Positions 23,561 through 36,472 of a DNA stretch of 64,000 nt are shown piece after piece. A model generated the notes under the pieces. It worked only from the letters and a program-made list of their open reading frames with translations, had not been told where the DNA came from and did not search any database. Origin of the DNA: Octopus vulgaris (Eukaryota); assembly GCA_951406725.2 (NCBI GenBank), contig OX597823.1:33666001-33730000 (forward strand), given 5' to 3'. Within the stretch, counting starts at the first letter, position 1. Each line of letters opens with the position of its first letter. Made by a program: the position numbers and the translations under genes.

Positions 23561-23995
23561 GCACACTCAGTCAACTTCTCTTCATTTCCATTTACAACAA
23601 GATGCTCTGTGCACACTTCATTCAACTGCTGGTGTTGTTGTAGTTGTTGTTGCTACAGGTTTAAGTAAGCAACAACAACAACAACAACTACAGCAACAGT
23701 AGCAGCAGCAGCCAGTGTAAAATAAGCATGTCTCCTCTGTTGAAACATGTAACATGTGTTGATAACTTAAGATGTCAGACAGTCTTCACTTACAATTCTT
23801 ACATTGTACTTGGCAATATGGCACTGTGATGTTGTTGTTGCTGTTGTTGTTGGCAGTATTGGTGGGCGTCGGTGGTGGCGATGGTGGTAATGATGATGAT
23901 GGTGGTGGTGTTTATGTTTTCGTTGCTTATTAAATGCTAAGATGAACCTCCTGAAGAAAGACATCAATGAAAGCATGTGTTTGAGTGCGTTTGTA

Positions 23996-24045
<50 letters not shown>

Positions 24046-24372
24046 ATATATATATGTACATTCCTTTGTGTACACTGATTTGTTCTGCTTTTTTATGTTT
24101 AACCCTACAGTCTCTTATGTGGTGGTTTAATAAAGTATGTGATTGAGTATTATCTTATAATTGATATTTGATTTAGATGTATTTCTCCATTTTCTTATCT
24201 TGTATTAGTAATTTGTGGTAAATCATTTTACCTTTGCCCATATAATACAGTAAATGAATTGATTGCATTGCAATCCTTAACATTTATGTATTAACTTTGT
24301 ATTCACTAGCAGTATATTGGATATATGTTATCCCATGGAGGGTTGCATTTACAACCCCTATCTCAATTTGTA

Positions 24373-24410
<38 letters not shown>

Positions 24411-24414
<4 letters not shown>

Positions 24415-24799
24415 CAGTATCACCCGGTGTTGCTTGGGTTTGTTTCAACCCTTTAGAATCGGAATTTTTGAAAAGTAAAAATTTTGCATTATGCAACTTG
24501 TTATTCTCTTCAAGTGAACATTTTTCCAGTTGAAATACACCAAAAAATGGTGACACAACAGTCAAAAATCGTAAAAAATAGGGATTTTCATAGAAAAAAA
24601 GCACCTTTTTGATGTAAATAATTTTTGGTGTTAACATGGTCCTATTTGAATTTTACCTTCTACAGAATGAAGAGCCAGCCTTCTTCTATCATACTCTCAA
24701 TTTTGGTCAACTTGCGCTGCAGTGTCTCGAAGGAGACAGTATTAGTTGAAGGCTACCAAACCTGCCACACACAGACAACTTCAGCTTTATATATATAGA
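24411..24799 (-). mobile_element. Non-autonomous Helitron
   Basis: On the minus strand: A|TCtatatatataaagc start, decayed subterminal hairpin cccaagcaacaccggg, and end CTAA|T (from CTAG). A/T target, no TSD. Confidence 0.75.
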
Positions 24800-25432
24800 T
24801 TTGCTACAACACTACTTTCCATCCTTAATAATGAAACTTGGTAGATCCAAAAGTTAAACACACAGACACACAAGTTGAGTTTTATATATATAGATTTCTC
24901 AACGGGGATTTCAGGGGAGAGTTTCAGGGAGTCGCTGGCGATGTATCGTGATGATCAAAAATCCAGCCTGCTAAAATTTGGTTAAAGTGATTCAAACTGC
25001 AGACTCAACGCAAAATGGTCACATTTAATTCAAAGTGTTAAAAATGTTATGAAAACAATTGGTATGTGTTCAAAGTCTAAACGATTAATACGAAAAAACC
25101 CTCCAGGCTACATCCCGAAGATTAATTTCTTTGCCGAATTTCTACAATGTTTACAGCGATTCGTTTTTATATCTTAATTTTTTATTTTTCATGCAGTTTA
25201 TGCATGCTTGCACGCGTGGTGAACACAGTTCACGTCAAACAGCTGACTGAGTAAATTTCACTATTCAATGCATGGGATAAGGACTAAACAAACACATTAT
25301 CGATTTTTGCACTTGCGAGATGAATTTTGGAACAAAAATAGCGCAGTTCAATTTTCATTTGCCTAAACTTTAAGTGACCCATTTTTGGTGGTTCTACGAT
25401 TTGTTGGCTTGGAGGAGATGTGCTGGGAAGTT

Positions 25433-25465
<33 letters not shown>

Positions 25466-25505
25466 TACACACACAGACACACAAGTTGAGTTTTATATAT
25501 ATATA
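24800..25505 (-). mobile_element. Second Helitron-like family, fragments with a duplicated 5' end
   Basis: gttaaacacac...gacacacaagttgagttttatatatata(gat) occurs twice (about 24853-24895 and 25430-25505), with the same terminal style as 24799. Confidence 0.55.
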
Positions 25506-25508
25506 TAT

Positions 25509-25759
25509 TCTCTTTTACTCTTTTACTTGTTTCAGTCATTTGACTGCAGCCATGCTGGAACATCACATTTAGTCAAATTAATCGACCCCAGGACTTATTC
25601 TTTGTAAGCTTAGTACTTATTCTATCAGGCTCTCTTGTTGAACTGCTAAGTCAGAGGGGTGTAAACACACCAACATCGGTTGTCAAGCAATGGTGGCGGG
25701 ACAAACACAGACACACAAATACATACAAACATACATGTGTGTGTGTATATATGTATATA

Positions 25760-25790
<31 letters not shown>

Positions 25791-25953
25791 CAACGAGCTT
25801 CTTTCAGTTTCCATCTACCAAATCCTCTCACAAGGCTTTGGTCGACCCAAGGCTATATTAGAAGACACTTACCCAAAGTGCCAGGTAGTGGGACTGAACC
25901 TAGAACCATGTGGTTGGGAAGCAAGCTTCTTACCACATAGCTACTCCTGTGCC
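25509..25953 (-). mobile_element. SINE family A, full length
   Basis: Reverse complement of family A including the head ggcacaggagtagctatgtggtaag. Confidence 0.9.
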
Positions 25954-25955
25954 TA

Positions 25956-25991
<36 letters not shown>

Positions 25992-26258
25992 CGTGTGTGT
26001 GTGTATATGTAAGTGTGTGTGTGTGCATGAATATGTACACTAATATATCCAGAAGTGTGTGTGTCTCATGTTGGATCCCTACTAACCAGAAGCCTGCTTC
26101 TGGTAACCATAGAAGTTCATACAAACTGTACCTGTTTAGGCTAATGTTCACTAAACTGACAACCCTACCCACCACATGTGTTTCATGAGGAGGGTAAGTT
26201 TCGACCCTTCTTCCAGGATTAAGAAAAAACAAACTCAAAAGGACCAACAGCTTTTCAA

Positions 26259-26450
26259 GGTGGCAAGCTGGGCAAAATGCTTAGCGGTATTTCGTTTGTC
26301 ATTACGTTCTGAGTTCAAATTCTTCCAAGATCGACTTTGCTTTTAATCCTTTCAGGATCGTTAAATTAAGTACCAGTTGTGTAATGAGGTTGATCTAATC
26401 AACTGGACCCATCCCCAAAACTTTCGGGCATTGTGCCTAGAGAGGAAAAA
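26259..26450 (+). mobile_element. SINE family B
   Basis: ctgagttcaaattc...gactttgc..ttaagtaccag. Confidence 0.8.
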
Positions 26451-26759
26451 AAAAGAATATTTTGTATAGATACATGTCTCCATATATATATATATATATA
26501 TACATTTACACAATGTATGTGTCTCTGCATGGAGTATAAGGCACAAGTGTGGCTGTGTGGTAAACAGTTTGAGTCTGAGGCTGTGTGGGAAGTTGAACGG
26601 AGGCAACATCGCCATCACTGGTGATCACTCCAAACACCACGATGTTGACTGGATGTTTGATCAAAAACAAACAATGCACATGCACAAAATTAAAAATATA
26701 AAATGTCGACAATTTACCTATTGCACCCTGTAGATCTATATATTATGAGTGTGTGTGTG

Positions 26760-26975
26760 TGTCTATGTTTGTCTCCTGCCAATGCTTGACAATCAGTGCT
26801 GGTTTGTTTACAACCCTATAATTTAGCAGTGCAGCCTAAGGGACTGATAGAATAAGTATTAGGCTTAAGCTATAAGTATTAGGGTCCATCTGTTCAAATG
26901 AGCTCTTCAATGCAGTGTCCCAGCATGGTCACAGTTCAATGACTTAAACATTGAACTGCGAAATAAAAAGATGAA
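26760..26975 (+). mobile_element. SINE family A, 3' half, diverged
   Basis: gcttgacaatcagtgctgg...gatagaataagta...cagcatggtcacag. Confidence 0.7.
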
Positions 26976-27092
26976 AAAAAGATGTAAAGAAAGTGTTATA
27001 GGTGAGAGTTTCCTCCACCTCCTCCTCCTCGCCACTGTCATCACCAGCACCAGCAACAGCAGCAGCAGCACCACCACCACCACTATTTAATA

Positions 27093-27330
27093 TTGGTCTT
27101 CAGTTGCCCTGATGAACTTTCTGCTGAACCAAATGAACCTTTAAACATGTCACCTGCTTCTCTTCCCAGGTGCATCGTTTCTCTTCTTTTGTTTCCTGTC
27201 AGTCATAAATCCACTTATTCTAAAAGCTCCTTTCCTCAAACTGTTGTTCTCTTGAGCTCACTGCCATCGTTTTCTTTTCCTCTGCTCTATGATATTCAGT
27301 CTTTTATGTTTCCTGTCGATGGATATTTTT
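27093..27330 (+). mobile_element. CR1/L2-like LINE ORF2 C-terminal remnant
   Basis: YSKSSFPQTVVLLSSLPSFSFPLLYDIQSF resembles the SFFPRT..LWNSLP..FP..Y.LQ.FK terminus. Confidence 0.5.
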
Positions 27331-27336
27331 CAAATC

Positions 27337-28440
27337 TATAGGTCTCTTCTTTTCCTTCTTTGTAGGTCCCTTCTTTTTCTTCTTTGTAGGTCCCTTTCCC
27401 TTCTTTGCAGGCCCCTTCTTTTTTATCTTTGTAGGCTCCTTCTTTTCTTTCTTTGTAGGCCCTTTCTTTTTCTTCTTTGTAGGTCCCTTCTTTTTCCTTT
27501 GTAAGTCCCTTCTTTTCCTTCTTTGTAGGCCCCTTCTTTTCATTCTTTGTAGGTCCTTTCTTTTCCTTTGTAGGTCCTTTCTTTTCCTTCTTTGTAGGTC
27601 CCTTCTTTTCCTTTGTATGTCTCTTCTTTTTCTTCTTTGTAGGTCCCTTCTTTTTCCTTTGTAAGTCCCTTCTTTTCCTTTTTTGTAGGCTCCTTCTTTT
27701 CATTCTTTGTAGGTCCTTTCTTTTCCTTTGTAGGTCCTTTCTTTTCCTTCTTTGTAGGTCCCTTCTTTTCCTTTGTATGTCTCTTCTTTTTCTTCTTTGT
27801 AGGTCCCTTCTTTTTCCTTTGTAAGTCCCTTCTTTTCCTTTTTTGTAGGCTCCTTCTTTTCATTCTTTGTAGGTCCTTTCTTTTCCTTCTTTATAGGCCT
27901 CTTCTTTTCCTTTTTTGTAGGTCCTTTTTCTTCTTTGTAAGCCCCTTCTTTTCCTTTTTTGTAGGTCCCTTCTTTTCCTTCCTGGTAGGCTCTTTCTTTT
28001 TCTTTGTAGTTCCCTTCTTTGTAGGCCCCTTCTTTTTTTTCTTTGTAGGTCCCTTTTCCTTCTTTGTAGGCCCCTTCTTTTTTATCTTTGTAGATTCCTT
28101 CTTTTTCTTCTTTGTAGGACCTTTTCCTTTTTTGTAGGTCCCTTCTTTTCCTACTTTGTAGGCCCTTTCTTTTTCTTTGTAGTTCCCTTCTTTTCCTTCT
28201 TTGTAGATCCCTTCTTTTCCTACTTTGTAGGCCCCTTCTTTTCCTTCTTTGCAGGTCCCTTCTTTTCCTTCTTTGTAGACCCTATCATTTTCTTCTTTGT
28301 AGGTCCCTTCTTTTTCCTTTGTAAGTCCCTTCTTTTCCTTCTTTGTAGGCTCCTTTTTTTTCTTTGTAGGCCTCTTCCTCTTCTTTGTAGGCACTTTCTT
28401 TTCATTCTTTGTAGGTCCCTTCTCTTTCTTCTTTGTAGTC
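27337..28440. repeat. Pyrimidine-rich minisatellite, 21-24-bp unit tttgtaggtcccttcttttcc(ttc), with a 160-bp higher-order repeat
   Basis: Roughly 45-50 units; identical register at 27481, 27641 and 27801. Confidence 0.95.
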
Positions 28441-28482
28441 CCTTATGCTACAGTGACAGCAAGCCTTGTTCAGACCAAAATC

Positions 28483-28690
28483 ATATTTAACATTTTTTCT
28501 TTTAAATGTTGGCATGGGTTGGCTAATTTCACAAGATACATCAGACTGGGAGACTATGGCACCCTCCAACATCTGCCTAGACCTGATTTCTTTAGTTGGA
28601 TGAGCACCAACCACTTGACAGAGTAATCTGGCTGCTTTTGTTTATAGCACCAGCACTAGTGAGGTTTCTCTGTAGTTTGAAAGACTAAGA
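28483..28690 (-). mobile_element. RTE tail fragment, diverged
   Basis: atttaacatttt...atgttggcatgggttgg...ttggatg..ccaaccactt. Confidence 0.6.
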
Positions 28691-29104
28691 TTGCCTTTGA
28701 CTGAGTGGAATTACTGTAGAAGAGGAGATAAACTTATGCAAATTGAAAAAAACGATTGGAGTATGCAAAAATGTGCCGGAATGTGTCTCTGGCCTCTGAG
28801 AGAAAAGTAAAGTGGAAAAAATCCCTGATTTAGTGGTAGTGGTGGTGGCAGAGGAAGAGCTGACTTTTGCAAGTACTCTACTTTTATTTTTAGTGAGCAG
28901 CTGCATACACAGTCATAGATCCCTCTTTGGCAGTCTGGTTCCAAAATAATTTACTGACCACTCCACTCTTGGAGGTTCTGAGAATGGTTCTGGTTGTAAA
29001 TTGTGCCCCTGACTCCTTTATTGAAGTATCGTTAGTGACTCTAGTAAGTGGCCTCTTGACCCAGAGAAGCATGCAAGATGTGACATCTGCAGTGAGAGAC
29101 GGAT

Positions 29105-29255
29105 ACACCAGCAGTTGGCTTTTAAACTGAGTAGACAGGAGCTACAGAATATGAAGTGCCTTGCTCAGGATACAAGGCATCACCTGCTGAAGGAATTGAA
29201 CCCATGACCATATGATTGTGAGTTAGACACTCTAGTCATTAGACCAGGTACCTAT
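29105..29255 (-). mobile_element. tRNA/CORE-type SINE family F
   Basis: gaagtgccttgctcagg...ggaattgaacccatga...gattgtgagt, shared with 30220-30482 and 56237-56535. Confidence 0.7.
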
Positions 29256-29736
29256 GCAATGATTAGTTTAAAATCCTAAATAAAGAGAATATCCAAAGAC
29301 AACCTTGATAAAAGGAAACAAAACAAAAATGCTATAGAACCAGATGGCATATCCAGGGAGTGTCTGAGAGAGAGAGAGAGAGACAACCTGCTAGAAGTAG
29401 CAACTGAATCTTGCTTAGATAACAACCTTCTCTTCTAACAATGGAAGGACGCTTTGTGGTGTGTAGTCCTTGATACACAATATTTGAATGTAAAACGAGA
29501 TTCTTATTTGATGATAGGTCTGCTTGATTGTGGCTAACCTGAGGCTAAAAGACAACAGCAAGAACTCTTTTAGGGACATAATTAATTCCATTCAAGAAAA
29601 CACATTTTGTGTTGTTGTAAAGCATTTGTTTTCCAGACTTTTCTGTCACAATAGTCAATGCAACACACAAGGTGGTATCCCAGTTTCATGCGTTCCAGTT
29701 CAGTCAGATTTGAACAATACACGTTCTGGAGATGGC

Positions 29737-29785
<49 letters not shown>

Positions 29786-29798
29786 ATGTGTTTGTGTT

Positions 29799-29831
<33 letters not shown>

Positions 29832-29834
29832 GTA

Positions 29835-30001
29835 TTTATATTAAGGGCATTACTACATGTAAATGCCTCACGCTATGAGGGACTCTTAAAGTCAAAACTA
29901 CCATAAAAATATAGTGCACACTGTATTTATTATGGTAGTTTTGACTTTAAGAGTCCCTCATAGTGTGAAGCATTTACGTGTAGTAATGCCTTTAATATAA
30001 A
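29835..30001. repeat. Near-perfect palindrome, arms of about 82 bp
   Basis: tatattaagggcattactacatgtaaatgcctcacgctatgagggactcttaaagtcaaaactaccata..tagtg, mirrored; differences are mostly transitions. Confidence 0.9.
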
Positions 30002-30105
30002 CAAATATATTTAAAGGGAATAATTATAAATTTTTGCCGTACGAGCTTTTTTCATGCTGACTACTTGATAAATTCTTATAAAGATTTTATCGTATTTCAA
30101 AATTT

Positions 30106-30136
<31 letters not shown>

Positions 30137-30219
30137 AAGAGAGAGAGAGAGGAGAGAGAAGCATACATATACACATGCATATACATATATGCACATGTAC
30201 ATGCATATATACATATATC

Positions 30220-30482
30220 ATCATGTGATCACATGACCGACCAGACAATCAGATGTTACACACCACTGGTCACAATGTGCTTTGGCTCCATTTTAGCCTT
30301 TGAATAACACCACTCCACTGGCTGCATGAGCAGGCCAACATTCCCCCTGATTGAAAGGGAAAACTGGAGCCACAGGAAATGAAGTGTTTTGCTCAAGAAC
30401 ACAATGTGTTGCCCAGTCTGGGAATTGAACCCATGATTTAAGAATTGTGAGTGCAACTTACCTAACCACTAGGCCACACACT
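30220..30482 (-). mobile_element. SINE family F
   Basis: Minus-strand head gtggcctagtggttagg (box A) and gggttcaattccc (box B). Confidence 0.75.
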
Positions 30483-30499
30483 CTCACATACATTCTCAT

Positions 30500-30755
30500 G
30501 TACTCTTTTACATGTTTCAGTCATTTGATTGTCGTCATGCTGGAGCACTGCCTTTAGTCAAAGAAATCAACATCAGGACTTATTCTTTGTTAGCCTAGTA
30601 CTTATTCTATCAGACTCTTTTGCTGAACCACTAGGTTTCGGGGACATAAACCCACCAACATCGGATGTCAAGCAATGGTGGGGGACAAACACAGACACAA
30701 AGACACACACATATATATATACAAATATATGTGTGTGTGTGTGTGTGTGTTTGTG

Positions 30756-30837
<82 letters not shown>

Positions 30838-30930
30838 TGTGTGTGTGTATGTACACGAAGAGCTTCTTTCAATTTCCAATGCCGTAGTAGAAGATACTTG
30901 CCCAAGGTGCCACGTAGTGGGACTGAACCC
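30500..30930 (-). mobile_element. SINE family A with internal deletion and expanded microsatellite
   Basis: Homology to family A. Confidence 0.8.
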
Positions 30931-31021
30931 GATGATATTCAATGACAATGATGATGATGATATGCATATATGTTTATATATGTGTGTACTTTATATACCA
31001 TATACATACATCTACATTTAA

Positions 31022-31234
31022 GGCAGTGAGCTGGCAGAAACATTAGCATACTGGGCGCAATGCTTAGTAGCATTTCATCTGTCTTTACGTTCTGAGTTCA
31101 AATTCTGCTGAGGTCGACTTTGCCTTTCATCCTTTCAGGGTTGATAAATTGAGTACTAGTTACGTACTGGGGTCGATCTAATCGACTAGCCCTCTTCCCC
31201 AAAATTTCAGGCCTTTAGCCTAAATTAGAAAAGG
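31022..31234 (+). mobile_element. SINE family B, full length
   Basis: ggcagtgagctggcagaaacattagc...gagttcaaattc...gcctttcatcctttc. Confidence 0.9.
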
Positions 31235-31559
31235 ATATACATGCATTTACGTTTATATCAGATTACATAATGTGTGATAAAGAAGTTTACTTTCAAACTA
31301 AGTGATTTCTGGTTTATTTGCAGCATGCTGCACATTTGTCCGTGTGCCTTTTATTCAATTCCCTGAGCAGACCAAAACATTGGGAGAGAATTTTCTAGAA
31401 GAAAACTGTAAAGAACCTGTCATGCATATGTGTGTGTGTGTTTGTGCGTCACCTTGTCTTGATATTGCATGCATATTGTAGATAAATGTTACTCTCATGC
31501 AAATTGTGTTTTTTGTTTGTAATCTTCTGCAAAACACTGTAAAATTTAATCCACTGTTT

Positions 31560-31765
31560 GATTATATACCAAAATACTTGTAGTGAATTTGAACTCAAGC
31601 CCTTGAAGTTTGTAATTATGAACCTTAACCCACTTAGCCAATACTTTTCTGTCTGTTCATCTGAACAGTAAAACCCAGTTTCATTGACAATGATAGCAAC
31701 ACTGTTATGTTGCCATTAGTATGAAGAAAATTTAAGAAGATATTTTGTCACAGTGGGACATGATT
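31560..31765 (+). repeat. Old repeat of about 200 bp; second copy at about 32620-32822
   Basis: Shared ttgaactcaa...ctgtctgttcatc...ttagtatgaagaaaatttaa...gtgggacatgatt. The two copies are separated by SINE, LINE and SINE insertions. Confidence 0.65.
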
Positions 31766-31776
31766 AAACTCATAAT

Positions 31777-31992
31777 ATTCTTTTCTACTCTAGGCACAAG
31801 GCTCGAAATTTTGGGGGAGAGGGGGCCAGTCTATTAAATCCACCTCAGTAAGCAACTGGTACTTAATTTATCGACTCCGAAAGGATGAAAGGCAAAGTCA
31901 ACCTTGGTGGAATTTGAACTCAGAATGTAAAGACAGACGAAATACCGCTAAGCATTTCGTCTAGTGTGCCAACATTTCTGTCAGCTCATCGC
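31777..31992 (-). mobile_element. SINE family B
   Basis: Reverse complement of family B. Confidence 0.9.
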
Positions 31993-32025
31993 TTTAATAA
32001 TAATAATAATAATGATAATAACAAT

Positions 32026-32330
32026 AAATACATAAACCTGGAAATAGAGGTAACTCGAATATGGAATCTAAAAACAGAAACAATTCCTATCATAGTAGGT
32101 GCATTAGGTATGATAAAAAAATATTCAGACAAATACATAACGAAAACACCAGGACTTACAAATATATATAACATACAGAACATTGCACTACTGGGCTTTG
32201 CACACATCCTACGCAAAACACTTTCAATACAGTAACCATAAGAGCATCACAACAAACCACAGCACATACCCAAGGCACACAGAGCTGCGCTCGGTAGTGA
32301 AGTGAAAGCACGATATAAAAATAAAACTAC
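32026..32330 (+). mobile_element. R4/Dong-like RLE LINE 3' end (subfamily 4)
   Basis: KYINLEIEVTRIWNLKTETIPIIVGALGMIKKYSDKYITKTPGLTNIYNIQNIALLGFAHILRKTLSIQ*; (AAT)n on both sides. Confidence 0.85.
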
Positions 32331-32395
32331 ATAATAATAATAATAATAATAAACAACAACAACAACAACAATAATAATATTTAATGTAGTATTTG

Positions 32396-32600
32396 GGTGG
32401 TAAGCTGGCAGAGTTCTTAATGTGCCAGACAAAAAAGGCTCAGCCATTTTGTCTGTCTTTACATTCTGAGTTCAAATTCTGCCAGTGTCAACTTTGCCTT
32501 TCATCCTTTCGGGGTTGATAAAATAAGCAGCAGTTGAATAGTGGGGGTTGATGTAATCAGCTCATCTTCTTCCCCCTGATCTTGGGCCAAAATATGAAAT
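32396..32600 (+). mobile_element. SINE family B, diverged
   Basis: Homology to family B. Confidence 0.8.
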
Positions 32601-33555
32601 CAGTATCTAATCTACTATTAAATTACACACCAAATTGCTTGCAGTGGGATTGAACTCAAACCATTTGGGTTTGTAGCTGTGAACTGTATCTGCTTAACCA
32701 ATAGCTTACTGTCTGTTCATCCATTAAGTAAGATCCAATTTTCACAATGACAGCGACTCGGTGACGTTTCCGTTAGTATGAAGAAAATTTAATAAAATAT
32801 TTGATCATTGTGGGACATGATTGGATTTAAGAATTGAAAAATGATGTGGAATGAAGAGATGGAAGTATGTGGGGTGGAGGGGTGCAAGGTCAGTGGGAAG
32901 CAATCAGCCAGAATTGCAGCTTCCAATACAGTCAATATGATAGCAATATTGCTGACACGTAGGTACCTGGCATGAATGGCTAATTTCAGTAGATGGATTG
33001 AATAAAGTTGCTTTTCTATAACAAGACACAAAACAAGACATGATGCTTCAATATGGCGTCTGTCCAATTTTTAGAAAAATACGGCCACTGCGGTAGATGG
33101 TATTGATTGGTTTCTAGACGTCTTTCTTTTATTGATTTCCAATATATATTGTGTGTATGATTCTGCGTGTGTATGTGTGTCTGTGTGGATGATAGTGTGA
33201 GAGGGGTGGGTGGGAGAGCAGTGAGAGGGAAAGGGTGAGTCTAATTCAGCTTTTTAAGTAGACAGCGTTTTAGGTGGAACAATGGAATCTTCTGATGCTA
33301 CAAATATTAACGAATTCAGAATGGTTATCAAGGCATTATGGTTATCAGAACTCCCTTCAACTCCCTCAAACCTCTCCAAAACGCTCCTTGACTCATCTAA
33401 ACTCCTTAATACATGCAAGAATATTCCAGCATCCCAGAACATCCTACAACCAAAAGCATAAACTCTGACTTTAAAGTTCAACCATGCTGCAGCACTGTGA
33501 TAATATATACAGTACAGCCACACCATCTTACACACACAGGCAAACAAACACACAC

Positions 33556-33625
<70 letters not shown>

Positions 33626-34028
33626 CTGATGACTTCTACTAAGAACTTCAGTGAAACCCAAAAATAAAAGGCATCTTTATTTAGAAAAATAATGAAATCA
33701 ATTTAAGTTTCCTGATGCTGTTGATGTAAATTTGTGTCAGGTGATGAAGTAGCCGAAAACATTTATTATGATGAATGTTGGTGATACATAACTATGTTGA
33801 CCCTTGTTAATTAAGCTAATCTTATGACCAGGAAGGTGTGGGTCATTCTGAATGCTTGCACTCTGTCCAAAGATTAAGCTTTAGCAACTTTATTTCTGAA
33901 ACATTTGTCTTTTGCTGGACACTGCTTGACATTCCTGCCCACTGTAAAAAAAATCTGTATGTCAAACAGACACACACACATAGATATATAAGTGTGTACG
34001 TGTGTCTGTGTGTCTGTATATATGTACC

Positions 34029-34064
<36 letters not shown>

Positions 34065-34261
34065 AACACACACTCACACACACATACACACACACACACA
34101 CACACACATATATACATGCATACATATATGTATGTTTATATACTTACATCTCATCTATCTATCTACCTATCTGTTTATAAATATATATCATCATTATCAT
34201 CATCATCATCATCATCATTATCATCATCATCATAATCATCATCATCATAATCATCATCATC

Positions 34262-34500
34262 ATTCAATGTCCATTTAATGTCCATTTTCCATGCTTGCAT
34301 GGACTGGACTGTTTGACAGGATCTGACAAGGCCATGGTCCACACCAAGTTCCATTGTCTGTTTTGGCTTGGTTTTTTACAGTTGGATGCCCTTCCCAATG
34401 CCAACCACTTTACACTGTGTGCTGTATGTGTTTTATGTGGTACCAGTACCAATACTTTTTGCACCAGGGTCACCAAGTACCTTACAAGACAGAAACACCT
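34262..34500 (-). mobile_element. RTE tail fragment after a long (CAT)n tract
   Basis: catttaatgtccattttccatgc...ggatgcccttcccaatgccaaccac. Confidence 0.75.
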
Positions 34501-35821
34501 CAATCGAGGGCAAGTAGTATTGTGAGTGTGTCTCTTCATAAAATCTTTGGACCTGCAAGAACACAAGAGTATAGAAGTGATGGAAGATCTATTAACCCCT
34601 TTATTATCAATATATATATAGTTAAGAAGTTTGCTTCCCAACTACATAGTTTCAGGTTCAATCCCATTGCATGGAACCTGGGGCAAGTAACTTTCTATTG
34701 TAGCCCCAGGATTTCAGAAGCCTTGTGAGGGAATTTGGTTGACAGAAACTTAAAGAAACATATTGTGTGTATGTGTACGTATATTATTTGCATACATGGG
34801 GGTATGTGTGTTTATGTGTATGTGTGTGTGTGTGTGTGTGAGTGTATGTGTGCATGCGTGTGTGTGTGTGCTTGTGAGTGTGTGTGTATGTTTGTGTTTG
34901 TGTGTGTGTGTATGTTTGTGTTTGTCTGTGTGTGTGCATGTGTGTGCTTGTGTGTGCTTGTGTGTGTGTGTGTGTGAGTGTGTGTGTGTATGTGCATGTG
35001 TGTGTAAGTGTGTGTTTATGTTTGTGATTGTGTGTGCTTTTATACCAAGACAAAACAATGTACATGATAACACTTCCAATCAGTTAAGATCAGAAGCCAT
35101 GAGAGCCACTACTCCTACTGCGGTCAGTTTTGCCTTTCCTCCTATTTGGGCCAATGTTGTAAAGTACCGGTATTCTGCTAAGGTCAATATAATTGACCAA
35201 ACCCCACTGCCACTAAAATTACTGACTTTGTGCCAAAATTGGTAACAGTTATTATTAATCAACTAATCAACCAATTAACTAATTGACTGCTTCACTAATT
35301 ACTTGAACAATCAATCGCTTGTTTTTGTTCTAATCCTTTCATTGTCATTCATGTTGTCATCAGTAATGTACCCTTGTTGCTCCAGATTGGGCATGATGCA
35401 GACAAACCGGATATGATGAGTTTTGTTATTTGCATTTACACATTTCAGAATGTGTGTGTGAGTTATTTTGTTTTTTGCTTGATTTGTGTCTCTGTTTACA
35501 ATTTTTTTTCTTTTTTTCATGTGTGTATGTGAGTTTGACTTCTACTTCTCCATTCTTGCATAGATGAGACAGAATTCTTTGAGGCAGATTTTCCAAGGTT
35601 GAACACCCTTCGTGCCACTGATCCATCACCTGCTTTTAAGCAAGGTAATATAGCCCCATGGCTGGATGTATTTTCAGGGAAGATTGAAAATGAGGGACAG
35701 CCCTTGTAATGCTCATTGCATGATGTCACAGAAAGAGGTCACTAACACTCAAATATAATTCACACATGCCCCTATGGACACGCAGATGGATATACATGCA
35801 CACACACACACACCACAGCAA

Positions 35822-35853
<32 letters not shown>

Positions 35854-36190
35854 ATACACACACACACAAACACGCACACACAAACATACACTAGGCCTCT
35901 TTCAGTTTCTGTCTAACAACTTCATTCTGAAGACTTCGGTCAGCTTGGGTCTCTAGCAGAAGACACATGCTCAAGATATTATTCAGTGGGAATGAACGTG
36001 ACATCATATATGCGACCTAAGTGTAATCAATTCCTAAACGTATTATCTTACCAAATTTATTACAAGAATCATTGCAAGATTCAACTATTCCTGCAATAGT
36101 AGAAGCCCTACTATTGGTAACTGGAAAGCTTCAGCTGTTGGAGGTTATTTGCCTCTAAAGCTAGAAGAACCAACAGTGATGGTTTTATGT

Positions 36191-36472
36191 TTAGGAGATG
36201 AAGAATTATGTACATTATTTACATTATTTATGTTTGACGGGGATATGGCCTAGTGGTTAAGAGTGCAGGCTACCAAACCTAAGATTCTGAGTTCGATTCC
36301 AGGCAGTGACCTGAATAATAATAATAATAATAATAACAACAACAACATCAAAAAATACCTTAGGAGAACCCAAGACACCTGATAAAGGCTGGAAGGTATA
36401 TCAGCCGAAATGTTGTGTTAACAACAAACAAGACGAGGACAAATATCCGTCAAAAGTAAATAATGTAAATAA
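36191..36472 (+). mobile_element. Family C: inverted 3' arm + tRNA-like head + (AAT)n + hammerhead-like motif
   Basis: Box A tggcctagtgg, box B gttcgattcc; motif at 36374-36419 gacac-CTGATaA-a-ggctg..cagcc-GAAA-tgTT-gtgtt; terminal inverted arms. Confidence 0.8.

Noticed and set aside
27296-28405. Lysine-rich KKKGPT ORFs resembling histone H1 or protamine-like proteins
   Set aside because: They derive from the minisatellite. Units of 22 bp shift the frame, several frames are equally open, and there is no globular domain.
27337-28440. CRISPR-like periodicity
   Set aside because: Head-to-tail monomers with no unique spacers, no cas genes and a eukaryotic context.
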